From Eledone cirrhosa (Eukaryota), in NCBI GenBank assembly GCA_964016885.1, contig OZ024743.1:164300001-164364000 (forward strand): a stretch of 64,000 nucleotides of DNA, written 5' to 3'. The notes beneath the pieces are model-generated. The model saw only the letters and a list, made by a program, of their open reading frames with translations, did not search any database and was not told where the DNA came from. Of the stretch, positions 1 to 11,982 are shown piece by piece. The position numbers and the translations under genes were made by a program. Each line of letters opens with the position of its first letter. The first letter of the stretch is position 1.

Positions 1-679
1 TTATATACATATGTACATGCACACACATTTAATAAAGGGCATAGAACCTGACTTTCAATCTATCTATCATGTTGTAATTGTTTGTTTTTATATTTTTTAC
101 ACGACTGTATGTAAAATCCCCGGCATGTTTTTGTATTGTCCCCTTTTCTTGTGCGCCCTTGTGGCTAATAAAGAAATATATCTATCATGATTTCATATAA
201 ATGAAACAGTTCTAGTCCTGTAAAAGTAATTGTGTACCTTTTTTAACTCTGGGAACCTCCCAATACCCATCTGAAATCCTCCCTTTATATATATATTTTT
301 TTTCCATTGTCTTTGTCCTGTGCACTCCCTATTTTGAATTTATATTCTAAAGACTTAGCCAGGTGGGCTTTTTTTTTAAACTATCATATAATAGACATCA
401 CACCACCCGGTCTGTTTTCCCCTATTCTCCCTTACCTTTTCTGTCTGCACATTGGACAACAGTCCTTATTCTCTTTTGTTTTACTATTTCTCCCCTTTCT
501 ATATTTTTCTCCTTTGGCTAAGCCCTTGTGCACTCTATATTTGTGTATTTGCCTAAAGGCATAACTTGTCTCTACCTGTTTTGTTATGTCATTGGAATGA
601 ACGGTGCCAACCTTAATACAGCAAGACCGTGATGATTTCCAGAGGTTGACTGGAGGAGATGTGATTGTCTTTGTCCTCC

Positions 680-1110
680 TTCTTCTTCACCCACTTATTT
701 CTGAGAGGGTCATGGGGGAAGAGTCCTCAAACACTCCTTCCAGTGTGTCCTGTCAGAAACAACTGTTTCCAACTGATCCAACAAATCCCCAAGCGAGACC
801 AGCCAAGCTCATGGATGTTATCCAACCATCTTGCTCAGGCTCTACCCCTTGGTCCCCTGCCTGTTGGGTTTGCCCATAAAATCTGTCTAGTGATTCTTTC
901 TTAATCACATGCCCATAGTACCGGAGCTGTTGTGTCTCAATTCGGAGAAGTTGCAGCTCTACCTGGAGCAACTCTCTAATCTCTTAACTTCGCACTCTAT
1001 TGAGTCCAAAGACCCTTCAGAGAAAACCCATTTCAGTCACTTGTATTCACAATCGTATTGTTTTGGTCATTACCCAAGATTCATGACCATAAGTAAGGGT
1101 TGACATGAAT
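680..1110 (-). mobile_element. Degenerate 3' fragment of an RTE-clade LINE (family C)
   Basis: Minus-strand translation LQLLRIETQQLRYYGHV..., typical RTE ORF C-terminus; same family as 15375-15531 (-) and 29100-29960 (+). Confidence 0.75.
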
Positions 1111-1639
1111 ATCGAATTGAAGATAACCAGTTAATACCATTTATCAAACAACTAGAATATTTCTCAATAAAACTAAAAATGAAATTTACAGCTTTCACAT
1201 ATGTAGGTTTAGCTAGCCTCCTATAAGATTGCATCTTATAGGAAGTTTCTTGTGTGTTTTGATTATATGGGGCCTGGACCTATTTTGAAAAGAGTGGGGT
1301 GGGTGGAAGGAAATGATTATCAGATTGAACTTAGGGAACAATGTTTCCTTTGGTCTTTCCACTGCTGATACTATCTGTTAGTCACATCTCCAAGCAGAAG
1401 GAGCAGCATAAAATAAGGCATTTTACTCAAATATTCAACATGCTACCTGATTCAGGAATCAAATCTATGACCATATGATCATGAGTCCAACACTCTAACC
1501 ACTAAGCCACACTCCTTCACCGTTGAAACCAAAAAGATTATCTATGTCAGCATAGCATAGGCATCCCTCAATCTCAGGAGACTATAGAGTTGTGCACTGA
1601 TCTTCTGTGTACAAAGCCTAGATAGATAGTTATGGGGAA

Positions 1640-1975
1640 CAGAGTGTTACCTATGTAGTAGGTCCCCATTTTCCATGTCAATGAAATAATCTAATAAAAA
1701 GGCAAGTGCTGATAAGCATGGGTCCAATGCCATCTCAGATGTTGCCAGGACATTACTGATTACTGCCTCAGTGACTCCATCTCTATATTTTTCTTCAGGG
1801 TTGACTCTTGAAGTTTTTCCCCTGAGTGCGTATAGCTGCAAGGCAGTGGAGGTTTTAAATCAGCGTTTTCTATCACTTACATGACTACCTGCTTAGGTTG
1901 AGGGGCTCTAGCTGCCCAAAGCTTCTGGTTTTAAAGTGCTAGTGACCTGACTTTCACCCCTTCTGTTAGTACATA
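1640..1975 (-). mobile_element. Probable RTE-type LINE 5'UTR remnant
   Basis: aggcagtggaggttttaaatcagcgttttc resembles the motif at ~61050-61110 (gcaggtgttatatcagagttttccttctcctag), which I recall from RTE 5'UTRs; no ORF. Confidence 0.35.
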
Positions 1976-2701
1976 GAGTTAAAGGCTCTATGTACTTTTA
2001 TATACTTAGATAATCTCTTCAGCAGTCTTGTTCTGTTTTGCCCAGCACCAAAGCATAAATGTTGTATCACTAAACCTTACTTCTCCTCCTCCTTCACATT
2101 AGCTCTTTACGTTTCTTAACCTCCAAACCTAGTAACCCTCTAAAATAGTTGTTAGTTAGGTATCACTTATATCTGGAGAAACCCTATAAAATCCTCAAAA
2201 TTGTTAGCCATTCTAATTTTCACGCTTTCTCTCACTCCATATCTCATCTTCCTCTCTCTTCCCTCTTTTTTACTTCTGAATCTTGTCCTCCTCTTTTTTT
2301 TAAAGATATATACAGGTGTGGTGTGGGTTTGTATACACTTTATACAGACTGCTTCGCTCAAACATTTTCACCTTATATTTTGTTGATAAACATAATCAGC
2401 ATAATATTATATCTTTATTATAACATGACCAATTTGGCTTTAGACAGGATCCACTCCCACGGTATTGTCTGAAAAAGTTTAAATCAGCCAGGAGTTATCT
2501 TCCTTACTTACTTTCATGGCCTAACATTTCTAAATGGAGTTTCAATTGATTTGATTTTTTTTTTTTCCCCCATTTGCCATTTTCAGACAGTGGGACTCTA
2601 TTTGTGTGTATATATACTTTATGGACAATACTCCCCTCGGCCATTTTCACTTTACACTTTGTTGAAAAACATAATCATCCTCTTTTTATTTTGTCCCCCA
2701 G

Positions 2702-2887
2702 ATTCTTTTCCCTCGTCCACTGTCTTCCGCTCAACTACTACTGGCAGTGATTTGGAACTGTGAAGGCTTTGACCATCTGCAAAAGATGCAGCTTATTGAT
2801 GAAACCATTTCTTGGGCAATGAAGTACTCTTTAACCAGTGCACAACAGAAGATCTTCCACAATTTAAAAGAGCAGATGAAAATATGA
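2702..2887 (+). CDS. Terminal coding exon of an unidentified gene (ILFPRPLSSAQLLLAVIWNCEGFDHLQKMQLIDETISWAMKYSLTSAQQKIFHNLKEQMKI*)
   Basis: Pyrimidine tract plus AG acceptor (ctttttattttgtcccccAG, AG at 2700-2701), 61 open codons in phase 0 with protein-like composition, TGA at 2885-2887, AATAAA at 3128-3133. Confidence 0.6.
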   Translation: MLFPRPLSSAQLLLAVIWNCEGFDHLQKMQLIDETISWAMKYSLTSAQQKIFHNLKEQMKI

Positions 2888-3374
2888 CCAGGACATATAT
2901 TATCTGTTCCTCCGATGTAAGAATGGTTATGTCAGCCACTCTAGAATCTGGAAACATAACAAAATGAAAGTTTAAAAAAAAAATAATAGTCTAAGGACCT
3001 GCCTAGAAAATTCTAGGCCATTCCAAAAAAAATCATTGAAAAAAAATCTAAAAAATACAGTAAAGAAACAAAATTCAAAGTTACATCCCTGTTCTTCGAA
3101 GACTAAAGTATTGTAATATATTCTGTGAATAAATTCTGGTGGTTTGAAAGTCTGCTTTTTTTTTTCTTTTTTTTTTTTAATTAAATTTCAAGTAAACATA
3201 TTTTTCTCTGTGTTTTGTTCACTTTCAGATTTCTGGTATAAGAGAAAAGATGAATTGGTGGAATTCAGTTCTTATTCCAGATAGATTGTGTGTGTGTGTG
3301 TCTATATTCATTTACTGGTTTTGGTCATTAGACTGGCAATGCTGGGGCACCATCTTGACATAGTCTTATCATAT

Positions 3375-3718
3375 GGAGGCACATGGCTTAGTGGTTAGAG
3401 CATTGGTCTTGCAATCGAAAGGTTGTGAGTTCAATTCTCAGACCGGGTGATGTGTTGTTTCCTTGAGCAAGACACTTTATTTCACATTGCTCCAGTTTAC
3501 TCAGCTGTAGAAATGAGATGATAGGGACTGGGGTCCATATCATTCCACTGCAAAGTGGTCGTGGAGGTGCCACGGCAAAAAAGCACCCAGCACTCACTGT
3601 AAATGAGGTTGGTGTTAGGAAGGGCATCCAGCTGTAGAAATCAAGTTAGAATCAGTTCCCGTCCCACCCTTGCAAGCAGGGAAAAGTGGACGTAAAAGGA
3701 AATGATGATGAATGATGA
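3375..3718 (+). mobile_element. tRNA-derived CORE-SINE with RTE-derived 3' tail
   Basis: A box TGGCTTAGTGG, B box GTGAGTTCAATTC; ccttgagcaagacacttt...cagctgtagaaatgagatgata resembles the MIR CORE domain; tail shared with the RTE 3'UTR at 9468-9735; (GAT)n end; near-identical copy at 51680. Confidence 0.85.
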
Positions 3719-4570
3719 AAAAGCACCAAGTTATGAGCAAGATGGTCACCTGATCTGACTTGTCTCACAACGGGACAACTCATCTAACCCATGCTAGTGT
3801 GGAAAAATGGAAAATGGATGTTAAATAGTGATGATGATGAGTACATGATGGTGTATATAATCTGCACACTTTACACCAACGGATGTATTTTAAACAAAAA
3901 AACCTGAGGTAATTTCAGCTTGTAAACAAACCATATAAAACTTTCCTATATTGTAGCGTAATGGATAAGACAAGTCTACATTAACACCTGGGTTTAATTA
4001 ATTGGCAATAGCACTAAGGCAGCATTTCAGTTGTATAAAACAGAGAAAAATATTTTTTTTTGTCACGAAAAACTATTGTTTCTTTGATAACGAGTCTACC
4101 ATATGTTTATAGTATATAAACATATAGTATATGCTTTCATGAGCATCTTCTACAAATGTTCATCGCACAAAAACTATACAGACTCTAATCTATTTCCATG
4201 TCAGTACTGGTTGAAAGATTAAAAAATCCTGAAACAGCACTGTTTGGCATTCTAGACTAATACTGACATTCTGTGAGGTGTTCACAGAACAAAAAAGAGA
4301 AAAATAATATTTTCATTACAAAAAAATATTTTTCTTTGGTAGTGAGGCTACCATGTTTATTATATATAAACATTTAGTATATGCTCTCATATATATGTGT
4401 GTGTGTATTTATATGTGCGTGTGTGTATGCATGGGTGTGAGAGTTAGACTCTCACAGTTGACATGGAACAAAGAATTTGAGCACAAGTGCTTCAGACTGT
4501 TGCAACACATGCCATACATGGATCACAAAACAAAAAGCTTTGTCAGGCAGCAAGTTAAAAAGTATTCTGG

Positions 4571-4702
4571 CAGTCCCTATCATCTCATTTCTACAGCTGA
4601 GTAAACTGGAGCAATGTGAAATAAAGGAAACAACACATCACCCGGTCTGAGAATTGAACTCACAACCTTTCGATTGCAAGGCCAATGCTCTAACCACTAA
4701 GC
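4571..4702 (-). mobile_element. CORE-SINE 5' half, inverted relative to the 3375 copy
   Basis: Reverse complement of about 3386-3530 with a small internal deletion. Confidence 0.85.
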
Positions 4703-4739
4703 GCTTTTTACAATGTCAATATCAGTATTTTGGCCTGTC

Positions 4740-5125
4740 CTCATGAGAGATGTAGAGGAGGGTGGGAGGGGTGGAGGCATACTGTATATATGCTTCAGCT
4801 TCGGTCTGTACCCGTAGGAAGTCAGGTCTTCTGAGTAATGCCAGAGGTCAGCTTTTATCCTCTTGTCCCAAGTCTTCCTGAGTCTCCCCACTACATGGCT
4901 TCCATCAACTCTGAGCGTTCTGCACCTTTTTATGCAACTGTCATGCTTCATACGCATTACATGTCCATACCAACATAATCTCCTCTCTTGCGCAGAGCAT
5001 TTAATTCCTCTTATGCCTAGTTTCTCTCTCAGTTCGTTTATGCTTTGCCGTTTACATATATTACTATTACACATCCATCAGAGCATGCAAGCTTCATTTC
5101 TTTCCAATATATGCAAAGTCTCACT
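4740..5125 (-). mobile_element. RTE LINE ORF 3' fragment
   Basis: ORF 4697..5074 MCNSNICKRQSINELREKLGIRGIKCSAQERRLCWYGHVMRMK matches the RTE ORFs at 8498 and 56574. Confidence 0.85.
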
Positions 5126-5129
5126 AATA

Positions 5130-6630
5130 TTATATATATATATATGTGTGTGTGATACAACATACACAAACATATACACACGCCCACATACACAGAATTT
5201 ACAGAAAAAACTAAAACCTCACAGACTTCCCTTTACAAGACAGACTGAAGCCACGCACATCTACCAATTTCTTCCCTTCGACACATTCACAACCACACCA
5301 CCTCCACTCTGGCCTCCCAGGCCAGACATTTACCCACACCACCCCCATTACTTTTTTTATTAAGGGTGGAAAAATAGTTAATAAATGAAACAAAGCAGGA
5401 GGCAATTTGACATTATATTAGGTTCACGCTTGAAGGAAGTTTCAACGTTTTGGACAGGAGTCCTTCAGGAAAGTTGAAATAAGGAGAGAACAGATAGACG
5501 TAAGAGTAGTTGGAGAATGTAATGGAAGGAAATTTTTTTTAAAAAAGTAACCTCAGTGACACCCTTCCTCACACGACACACCCATTGCCTCTCACCCCTC
5601 CCACCCACCATGTCACCATACCCCCAACTTCCCTCTCTCCAGACTTGAACGTTCCATCTTCAATAGAGGTCTGCACTTTGTACCTTACAGCAAGAGTTCC
5701 ACATTTGAGTGGATATTGAACAGTTTCTGCAGTGCACTTCCATGGCACACCACCAGCAGACTGTCCTGCTGCTCTTCTACTGTGTCCCCTCCAACCTCTG
5801 GAACCTCTTCGTCCATGGCTCTCTTCCTATGCCTATGTTGGACAGACAGGATGGCTGAACACCTCCGTACATATGGCTCAGCTCCCAGCCATCAGTTACT
5901 TGACACATTCACTCCACCGGTCACTCTGCCTGCAACTTTTCCGTCTGCGGTCTTAATACAGAATCACAATTTTCCTTCTCCAGACCAGGACGCAATTTTA
6001 CAGTTAAATTAGGTTCACTCCTGGTGGAAGTGGAGGAGGTTTCAACGTTCACCAGAAATCCTTCACGAAAGTTCGGATGAGAAAACAGATAGACACCACC
6101 ATACACTAATCTATTAACTGACCCACTACCCCTACTAACACCACTAACCCCCCCCCCCACCTCACAGACCTCCACCTCCGCCTTAATCCAAACTTCCTTG
6201 GCCTTAATGTACCATTCTTACCATTGCTCTCCTCAATTACTGGGATTACACATAGACATACCCATACATAAACACTTCCTCCCTCTCAGATATATACATA
6301 ATTTATTTCTGCCACTGACTGAACACACGTGGTAACATACACTCTCACACACATACCAAATTACACACCAACAAACAATAGAAATATCACATACACACAC
6401 ATGTACACACTCACACAAAAAAATCACCCACACACACCTGTCTGTAGACACACACATTCAACCCACACGTGATAATACACATGCAATCAGACACACTCAC
6501 ATACATAGAATTTACAGAAAAAGCCCTACACACAAACTCACATGTACACACACATATGTAAAACCTCACAGACTTCACTTTACAGCACACAGACTGAAGC
6601 CAATGCACATCTACCAATTTCTTCCATTCA
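5130..6630 (+). mobile_element. Internally deleted, decayed Penelope-like element with diverged direct repeats
   Basis: PLE N-terminal motif (LSRLERSIFNRGLHFVP, ~5630-5690) joined to a GIY-YIG remnant (YVGQTG...AEHLR, ~5830-5870); diverged direct repeats 5400-5500/5990-6095 and 5190-5285/6505-6630. Confidence 0.55.
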
Positions 6631-8461
6631 CCTCCTTGCAAGCCATACCATGCAAGCGATTGCATGAGTTATTTACTTTAGCGACTGGCCAGCATATGCC
6701 TGGAAAGACTTCACACGGTATATATTATATGAGTGACGATGATTGTACCGCCTTCCTTAAATTTAAAGGAAGTTGCACCAATATAGCTATATTTTTATCT
6801 AGACAATGGGCAAAAATTATGATTTTTACAGTTGCAGTTATTTCCGTTACTATTCAAAGTTCTCTCCCTGTATCTGTGTCCTTAGGTTTATCTCATCTCT
6901 GTTAATGGTCACTGTAGTGAGCACGATATAAATCTTTATGTAACTTTATGTAACATTTAATATCTGATTTAACCTGACTCTATTGTTTGGGGTTTGAATA
7001 CCCCCATTATTTCGATTACCATTAACTGTGTGTGTGTGCTAGTGTTAATATCTATGGTTTGTTTGTTTCTATGCGATGGTGTGTAATTATCATTATATAT
7101 ATTCGTGTACTTAATTTTATCCTGGTAACCTGCTCTAGTTAATGCCTTATTACTTCTTGACAAAAACTCTTACACGCTTTACCATACACAAATGCTTCTA
7201 TATCTAAAAGGAGTGACCTCTGTACCACAGAGATTCTCCATTTCATAAACAATAGAAATTTTTAGATCTTGTCTGCCCAAAATCAGCAAGACTTTTCATA
7301 GGGTATTTAGTTAAATAGGCTATGAAATAAGTAATTCAAAATTTCTTTAATATATAGTTACATTATCACTTCAGCATCTACGAATAAATATCTAAAATCT
7401 GAAATCTAGCATAAAAGAGAAAAAAAAAAAGACTAACAGTTGATACATGTTGTCCTTTGAACTAATTGACTAAAAACAGCAACTCATATAATGTGTGAAG
7501 TCTTTTATAGGCATATGCTGGCTAGTTGCTGGAGAAAATAATTCATGTGACCACTTGCATAACAACTTATGGATTTTATAGAAAAGCCATACATCTTCAA
7601 AATCCGTATATTAAAATAAATAGGGATGGACTAATGTATTTGTTTATTATTATAATAAAACTCCATATATACATAAACTGTTGAGTGCTTGACATCTGTT
7701 ATTTGAATAAATATATATGGAAAGTGATATAAGACTAATCAATTCAAAATATACTGTAAGATAAAGGTAAAGAAAAAGTATCTGGTAATCTTTGTTTTGT
7801 TGTTTCTTTCGTCCTAATATTTCGGGACTTGCAGAAAAAAAAATGTTTCGTTTTTTTTCTGTTCAGAATTAGACTTAGATTTAAATTTCTTAAACCACTT
7901 TTAAGTGTTGTTTAATATACATATGTACTATATCGATATGATGATATTTATAAATTTGGCCCTGAACTAAGGCAAAACTTTCAATATTTGAGCTAATATG
8001 TCGCTTACCACAGTCTCTTTCTTATATTGTTACAATCTTCAGTTATCATCAACTTTTCTACAGATCTTAATTTGTTTGTTCATTTATTTTGGCATGCCAA
8101 CCAAACAAGCTTAATACACCTCTTCTCACCTTAAACATTGTTAATAAATTCTGTTACAACAAACCACAAATTGTCGTCAACATTATGTTATCAAGGTACT
8201 TGATCTCCCACATGTTTCTCACACGGTCAACTCTATGTTGGCTGCTCACGAGTTGGAAGCAGCAACAATTTAATTATTTGCACACCAACAAAAAAGTACA
8301 AGATTGACAGATTTTTATTTCTAAATTCTATTATCATTACAATTTTGATATTCTTTTATAAAAGAATAGATATTTTGAATTAATTATGAGAAAAAAATAT
8401 ATCTTCATTCAGTTTTCTTTGATGTATCGATTTGAGAAAAAAATTGATTACTTAAACACAT

Positions 8462-9735
8462 CTGTATGCTGATGACCTCGCACTCATAGCTGAATCTATG
8501 GTAGAACTAGAGAATAAATTCCAAACCTGGAAGCAGGGACTAGAGAGAAAGGGCCTCAAAGTCAACATGACAAAGACTAAGGTCCTTGTAAGTAGACGAG
8601 AAAACAGAACCCAGATCCCCTCAGGGAAATGGCCTTGCTCAGTATGTAGGAAAGGTGTAGGTAGAAACTCCATTCTCTGCCCCAAATGCAAACAATGGGT
8701 ACACAAGAGATGTAGCGGGATCTCAGGAAGCTTAATTAAGAATGTAGGATTCACATGCAGCAGCTGTGCTGAAACAGCAAGCAAACAGCCACAGGAAACA
8801 AGTACCACCAATCTCTGGGAGGGCCCTGTAGAAACAGTAGACAGCTTCTGCTACCTAGGTGACCGAATTAGCAACGGAGGTGGGTGCTCAGAAAGTACAA
8901 TAACTAGGGTAAGAACGGGATGGAAGAAGTTTAGGGAACTACTACCACTGCTAGCTGCAAAAGGCTTCTCCCTCAGAATGAAAGGCAGACTGTATGATGC
9001 GTGTATCCGAACAGCGATGTTGCATGGTAGTGAGACCTGGGCGCTGAAGGTGGAAGACTTACGTAGATTAGAGAGAAACGAAGCCTGCATGCTCCGATGG
9101 ATGTGTAACAGTAATATACGTGAACGACAAAGCATAAAGGAATTGAGAGAGAGACTGAGCATAAGAGGAATCAAATGCTGCGTGCAGGAGAGGCGGTTAC
9201 GCTGGTATGGACATGTGATGCGTATGAAGGATGACAGCTGCATAAAAAGGTGCAGAGCACTAGAAGTTGATGGAAACCGCGGAGTGGGGAGACCCAAGAT
9301 GACTTGGGATGAGGTGATAAAAGCCGACCTTACCCAACTACACCTCTCAAAGTCAATGACACACGACCGTGACTTCTGGCGTCACGCAGTAATACAGGGT
9401 ACCCGACCTCCCATGGGTACATGCTGAAGCATATAAACAATATGCCCCCCCCCCCCCTCCACCGCAAGGTGGCCGTGGAGGTGCCACGGCAAAAAAGCAC
9501 CCAGCCCACACTGTAAAGTGGACGTGTAGGCGCCACGAAAAAGCACCCAGCACTCACTGTAAATGAGGTTGGTGTTAGGAAGGGCATCCAGCTGTAGAAA
9601 TCAAGCCAGATCAGTTCCTGTATGAGCAAGGCATGGTCAGCCGACCAGACACTGCCTACAACAGGACAACCCGTCTAACCCATGCTAGCGTGGAAGAACG
9701 GACGTAAAACGGTGATGATGATGATGATGATGATG
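8462..9735 (+). mobile_element. 5'-truncated young RTE LINE (family A); ORF remnant 8498-9427 with RT C-terminal part and PHD finger; 3'UTR and (GAT)n tail
   Basis: Begins at LYADDL of the RT, open frame to the stop, candidate TSD ACATCT (8458-8463 and 9736-9741), nearly identical to 56949-58218. Confidence 0.95.
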
Positions 9736-10084
9736 ACATCTATGTGTGTGTTATGTTGTCTTTGTTGATTGTATCATTGAAGTATCACCCATGAAGCTCC
9801 TTTTTTTTTTGCTGGTAGTTTGAGTTTATAATTAAAATTAAATGCTGACACCGTTTTTTTTTTTTATCACATTATAAGGCCATGCATACATGTTTACAAA
9901 TATTTTTGTTTTTTGGTATTTCAGAATTTTATTCCATTGAGCTAAAAATGCAGTGACTTTTACTTTTGCCACATCATCCTAGAGATTTATTTATGCTTTA
10001 TCTTCAAAAACACTTCTTTAAAAAACCTTGTACTTAGTATGTCAAAAATTATGTTGTTTTTAAAATAAATATCAATGAAATGAT

Positions 10085-10200
10085 GTGTGTGAGAGAGAGT
10101 GAAAGTGTTGCATATGAGGCATCTACCTATGAAACAAGGTAAAAGGGTAAGGTCATCTGGTCTTTTCTCATCAATTCTGGACAATCTAGTTAGCTTCAGA
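10085..10200 (-). mobile_element. CRE-clade LINE restriction-like endonuclease fragment
   Basis: RIDEKRPDDLTLLPCFIGRCLIC resembles the CRE REL motif RxDGKRPDGxTxxPWxxGRCLxW. Confidence 0.55.
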
Positions 10201-10768
10201 ATTTAAGAGATATTGACTGTTTATTAGGTTCATAATTATTAGGTATGACATGCGAAGCAACCTGAATTTAGGCAAGACAATCCATGAAGCTCAAGGCAAC
10301 CTCACAAGAGCTGGTCTCATGATAAAATGTTCCCTGTACTGTAAAGTGGTTGATGTTAGGAAGAGCATCCAACCATAGTAACAATCCCCAAAATGGGACA
10401 TACAAGCAAGATGTATTTGTCTGACACATATACAATTGTAGTAACACTGAATAAGAAATGATTTGGCCAGCATGGAAAACACATAAATATGATGTTGTCT
10501 TGAACAATTGTATTTTTTGTAAAATTATTCCATTTGATCCCCAAGGGATTTATTTATGCTTTATAATCTTTTATTTTCAAAAACACTTCTTTGAAAACCT
10601 TGTTCTTCCTATGTCAAAAATTAAGTTGTTTTTAAAATAAGTATTATTGAAATATTGAAAGTAAAAAATTTTTAAATCAAAAAGTAACTTAAAGCAATAA
10701 AGTATCAATAAATAGATTTAATGAAAATAGAGAATTCTTTAAAAAATCAAACTCCATTTACATATCTA

Positions 10769-11982
10769 TCATGACCTTTGTTGATTGTGTATATACTCAG
10801 TAGCTATTTCCATATTTTTTTCAAAAGCTAATAGTTCTCTAAGTTTTGTTTCTTCAGATGAATCTTCACAAATAACTAAAAATTTGCTATTGTTTTTCCG
10901 TGCTCGCCCTCTCATTTGCACCAGAGTTACAATTGAAGTTGGTGGTTTCAATGTTATCACCAGAGAACACTTTGGTAGATCAACACCTTCTTCAGCCACA
11001 GAAGTTGCAATAATAATTTGGTGTTTACCTGCTTTTATTTCTTGAAATACCTTCTTCTGTGCATTTACCTTCATTCCATCACTACTACCAGCACCGTGAC
11101 CAGTAACACTAACAACAGAAAGATGCTTATCTTTAATCAGTTGTGAAGTTCTCATCGCTTTACAAAGTTGAACAGCAATATTCCTTTTTTTCACCATAAT
11201 TAATACAATATCCGATAAAATATTGGTATGATTAAGGAGTTCAGTAATAGTTTTTAGGAGATAGTTACACTGTGGTAAAATATTGCTATGAGAGTTCAGT
11301 TTGATTTTGTTCATTATAGATTGGATTTTATCACAAGGACCGATTTCATATGAATCTAACCTAGTTGAAGAATCAAAAATAGATGTTAGCTCTTCAATAA
11401 TAGAAAAAGTTCCTATATCAAGAGCTTTTATAATAAGATCAACAATATTTTGGGTGTGATTAAGTAAAATTTTGCCTTTAGCACTAGTGTGGTTTACAGA
11501 TTTCAAATTTTCCTGAATCTCATTCAGAAAGTTTACGTCAATTGGCGATGGTAATTCAGAACTTGAAAGATTCGAATTTTCTTCAAGAAGTTTCAAACAT
11601 GCCAAAAGATATTTTTTAAATTCAGATATGATTTCTAATTCTTGATCTTCAAATGGTACAGTTCTGATATCCAAACAAGCAGAAGATTTATACTTCATCA
11701 GCTCTTTTATTTCATCTTTCACAATGTTAATTTTCGACTCACCCAAATTAGTTGTCAATGTTTGAAGCATAAGAATAGTTTTATTAGTGGTATCCTTCCC
11801 AGCAGGTGAGGCAGTTAGCCCTAATATTTGAGGACGACTTAACTTTTCTAAAGACTGGTGTTCTTCCTTCAGAAGTTTACTAAATGGATGGTCCTTGTCA
11901 GAATGGTGGACTTCATCAATAACCACAAGACTAAAATCCTTCCATCTGAAAACTTTGTCTTTCAATCGAAGATCACAGTATA
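10769..11982 (-). CDS. RIG-I/Dicer-family (RLR-like) DExD/H-box helicase, last exon (end of Hel1, Hel2i, Hel2, short C-terminal helix)
   Basis: Motif II VIDEVHH, III GLTASP, IV LIMVKKR, V ATSVAEEGVDLPKCSLVI, VI QMRGRAR; acceptor ttttgcactttcttttaacAG (AG at 11984-11983), phase 1; TGA stop ends at 10769. Confidence 0.9.

Noticed and set aside
2790-2948. Minus-strand exon suggested by an acceptor-like ttttgttatgtttccAG
   Set aside because: Overlaps the more convincing + strand exon, and its only open frame is short and unremarkable.
3375-3450. tRNA gene
   Set aside because: A and B boxes are present, but the sequence runs into CORE and a LINE tail with dispersed copies: a SINE head.
4040-4395. 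Diverged ~100-bp direct repeat (4040-4140 / 4297-4392)
   Set aside because: Old local duplication in AT-rich DNA with no recognisable function.
8452-9297. Antisense ORFs over RTE copies (also 53426-54976 and 56669-57784)
   Set aside because: Shadow frames of the RT ORF with no independent motifs.
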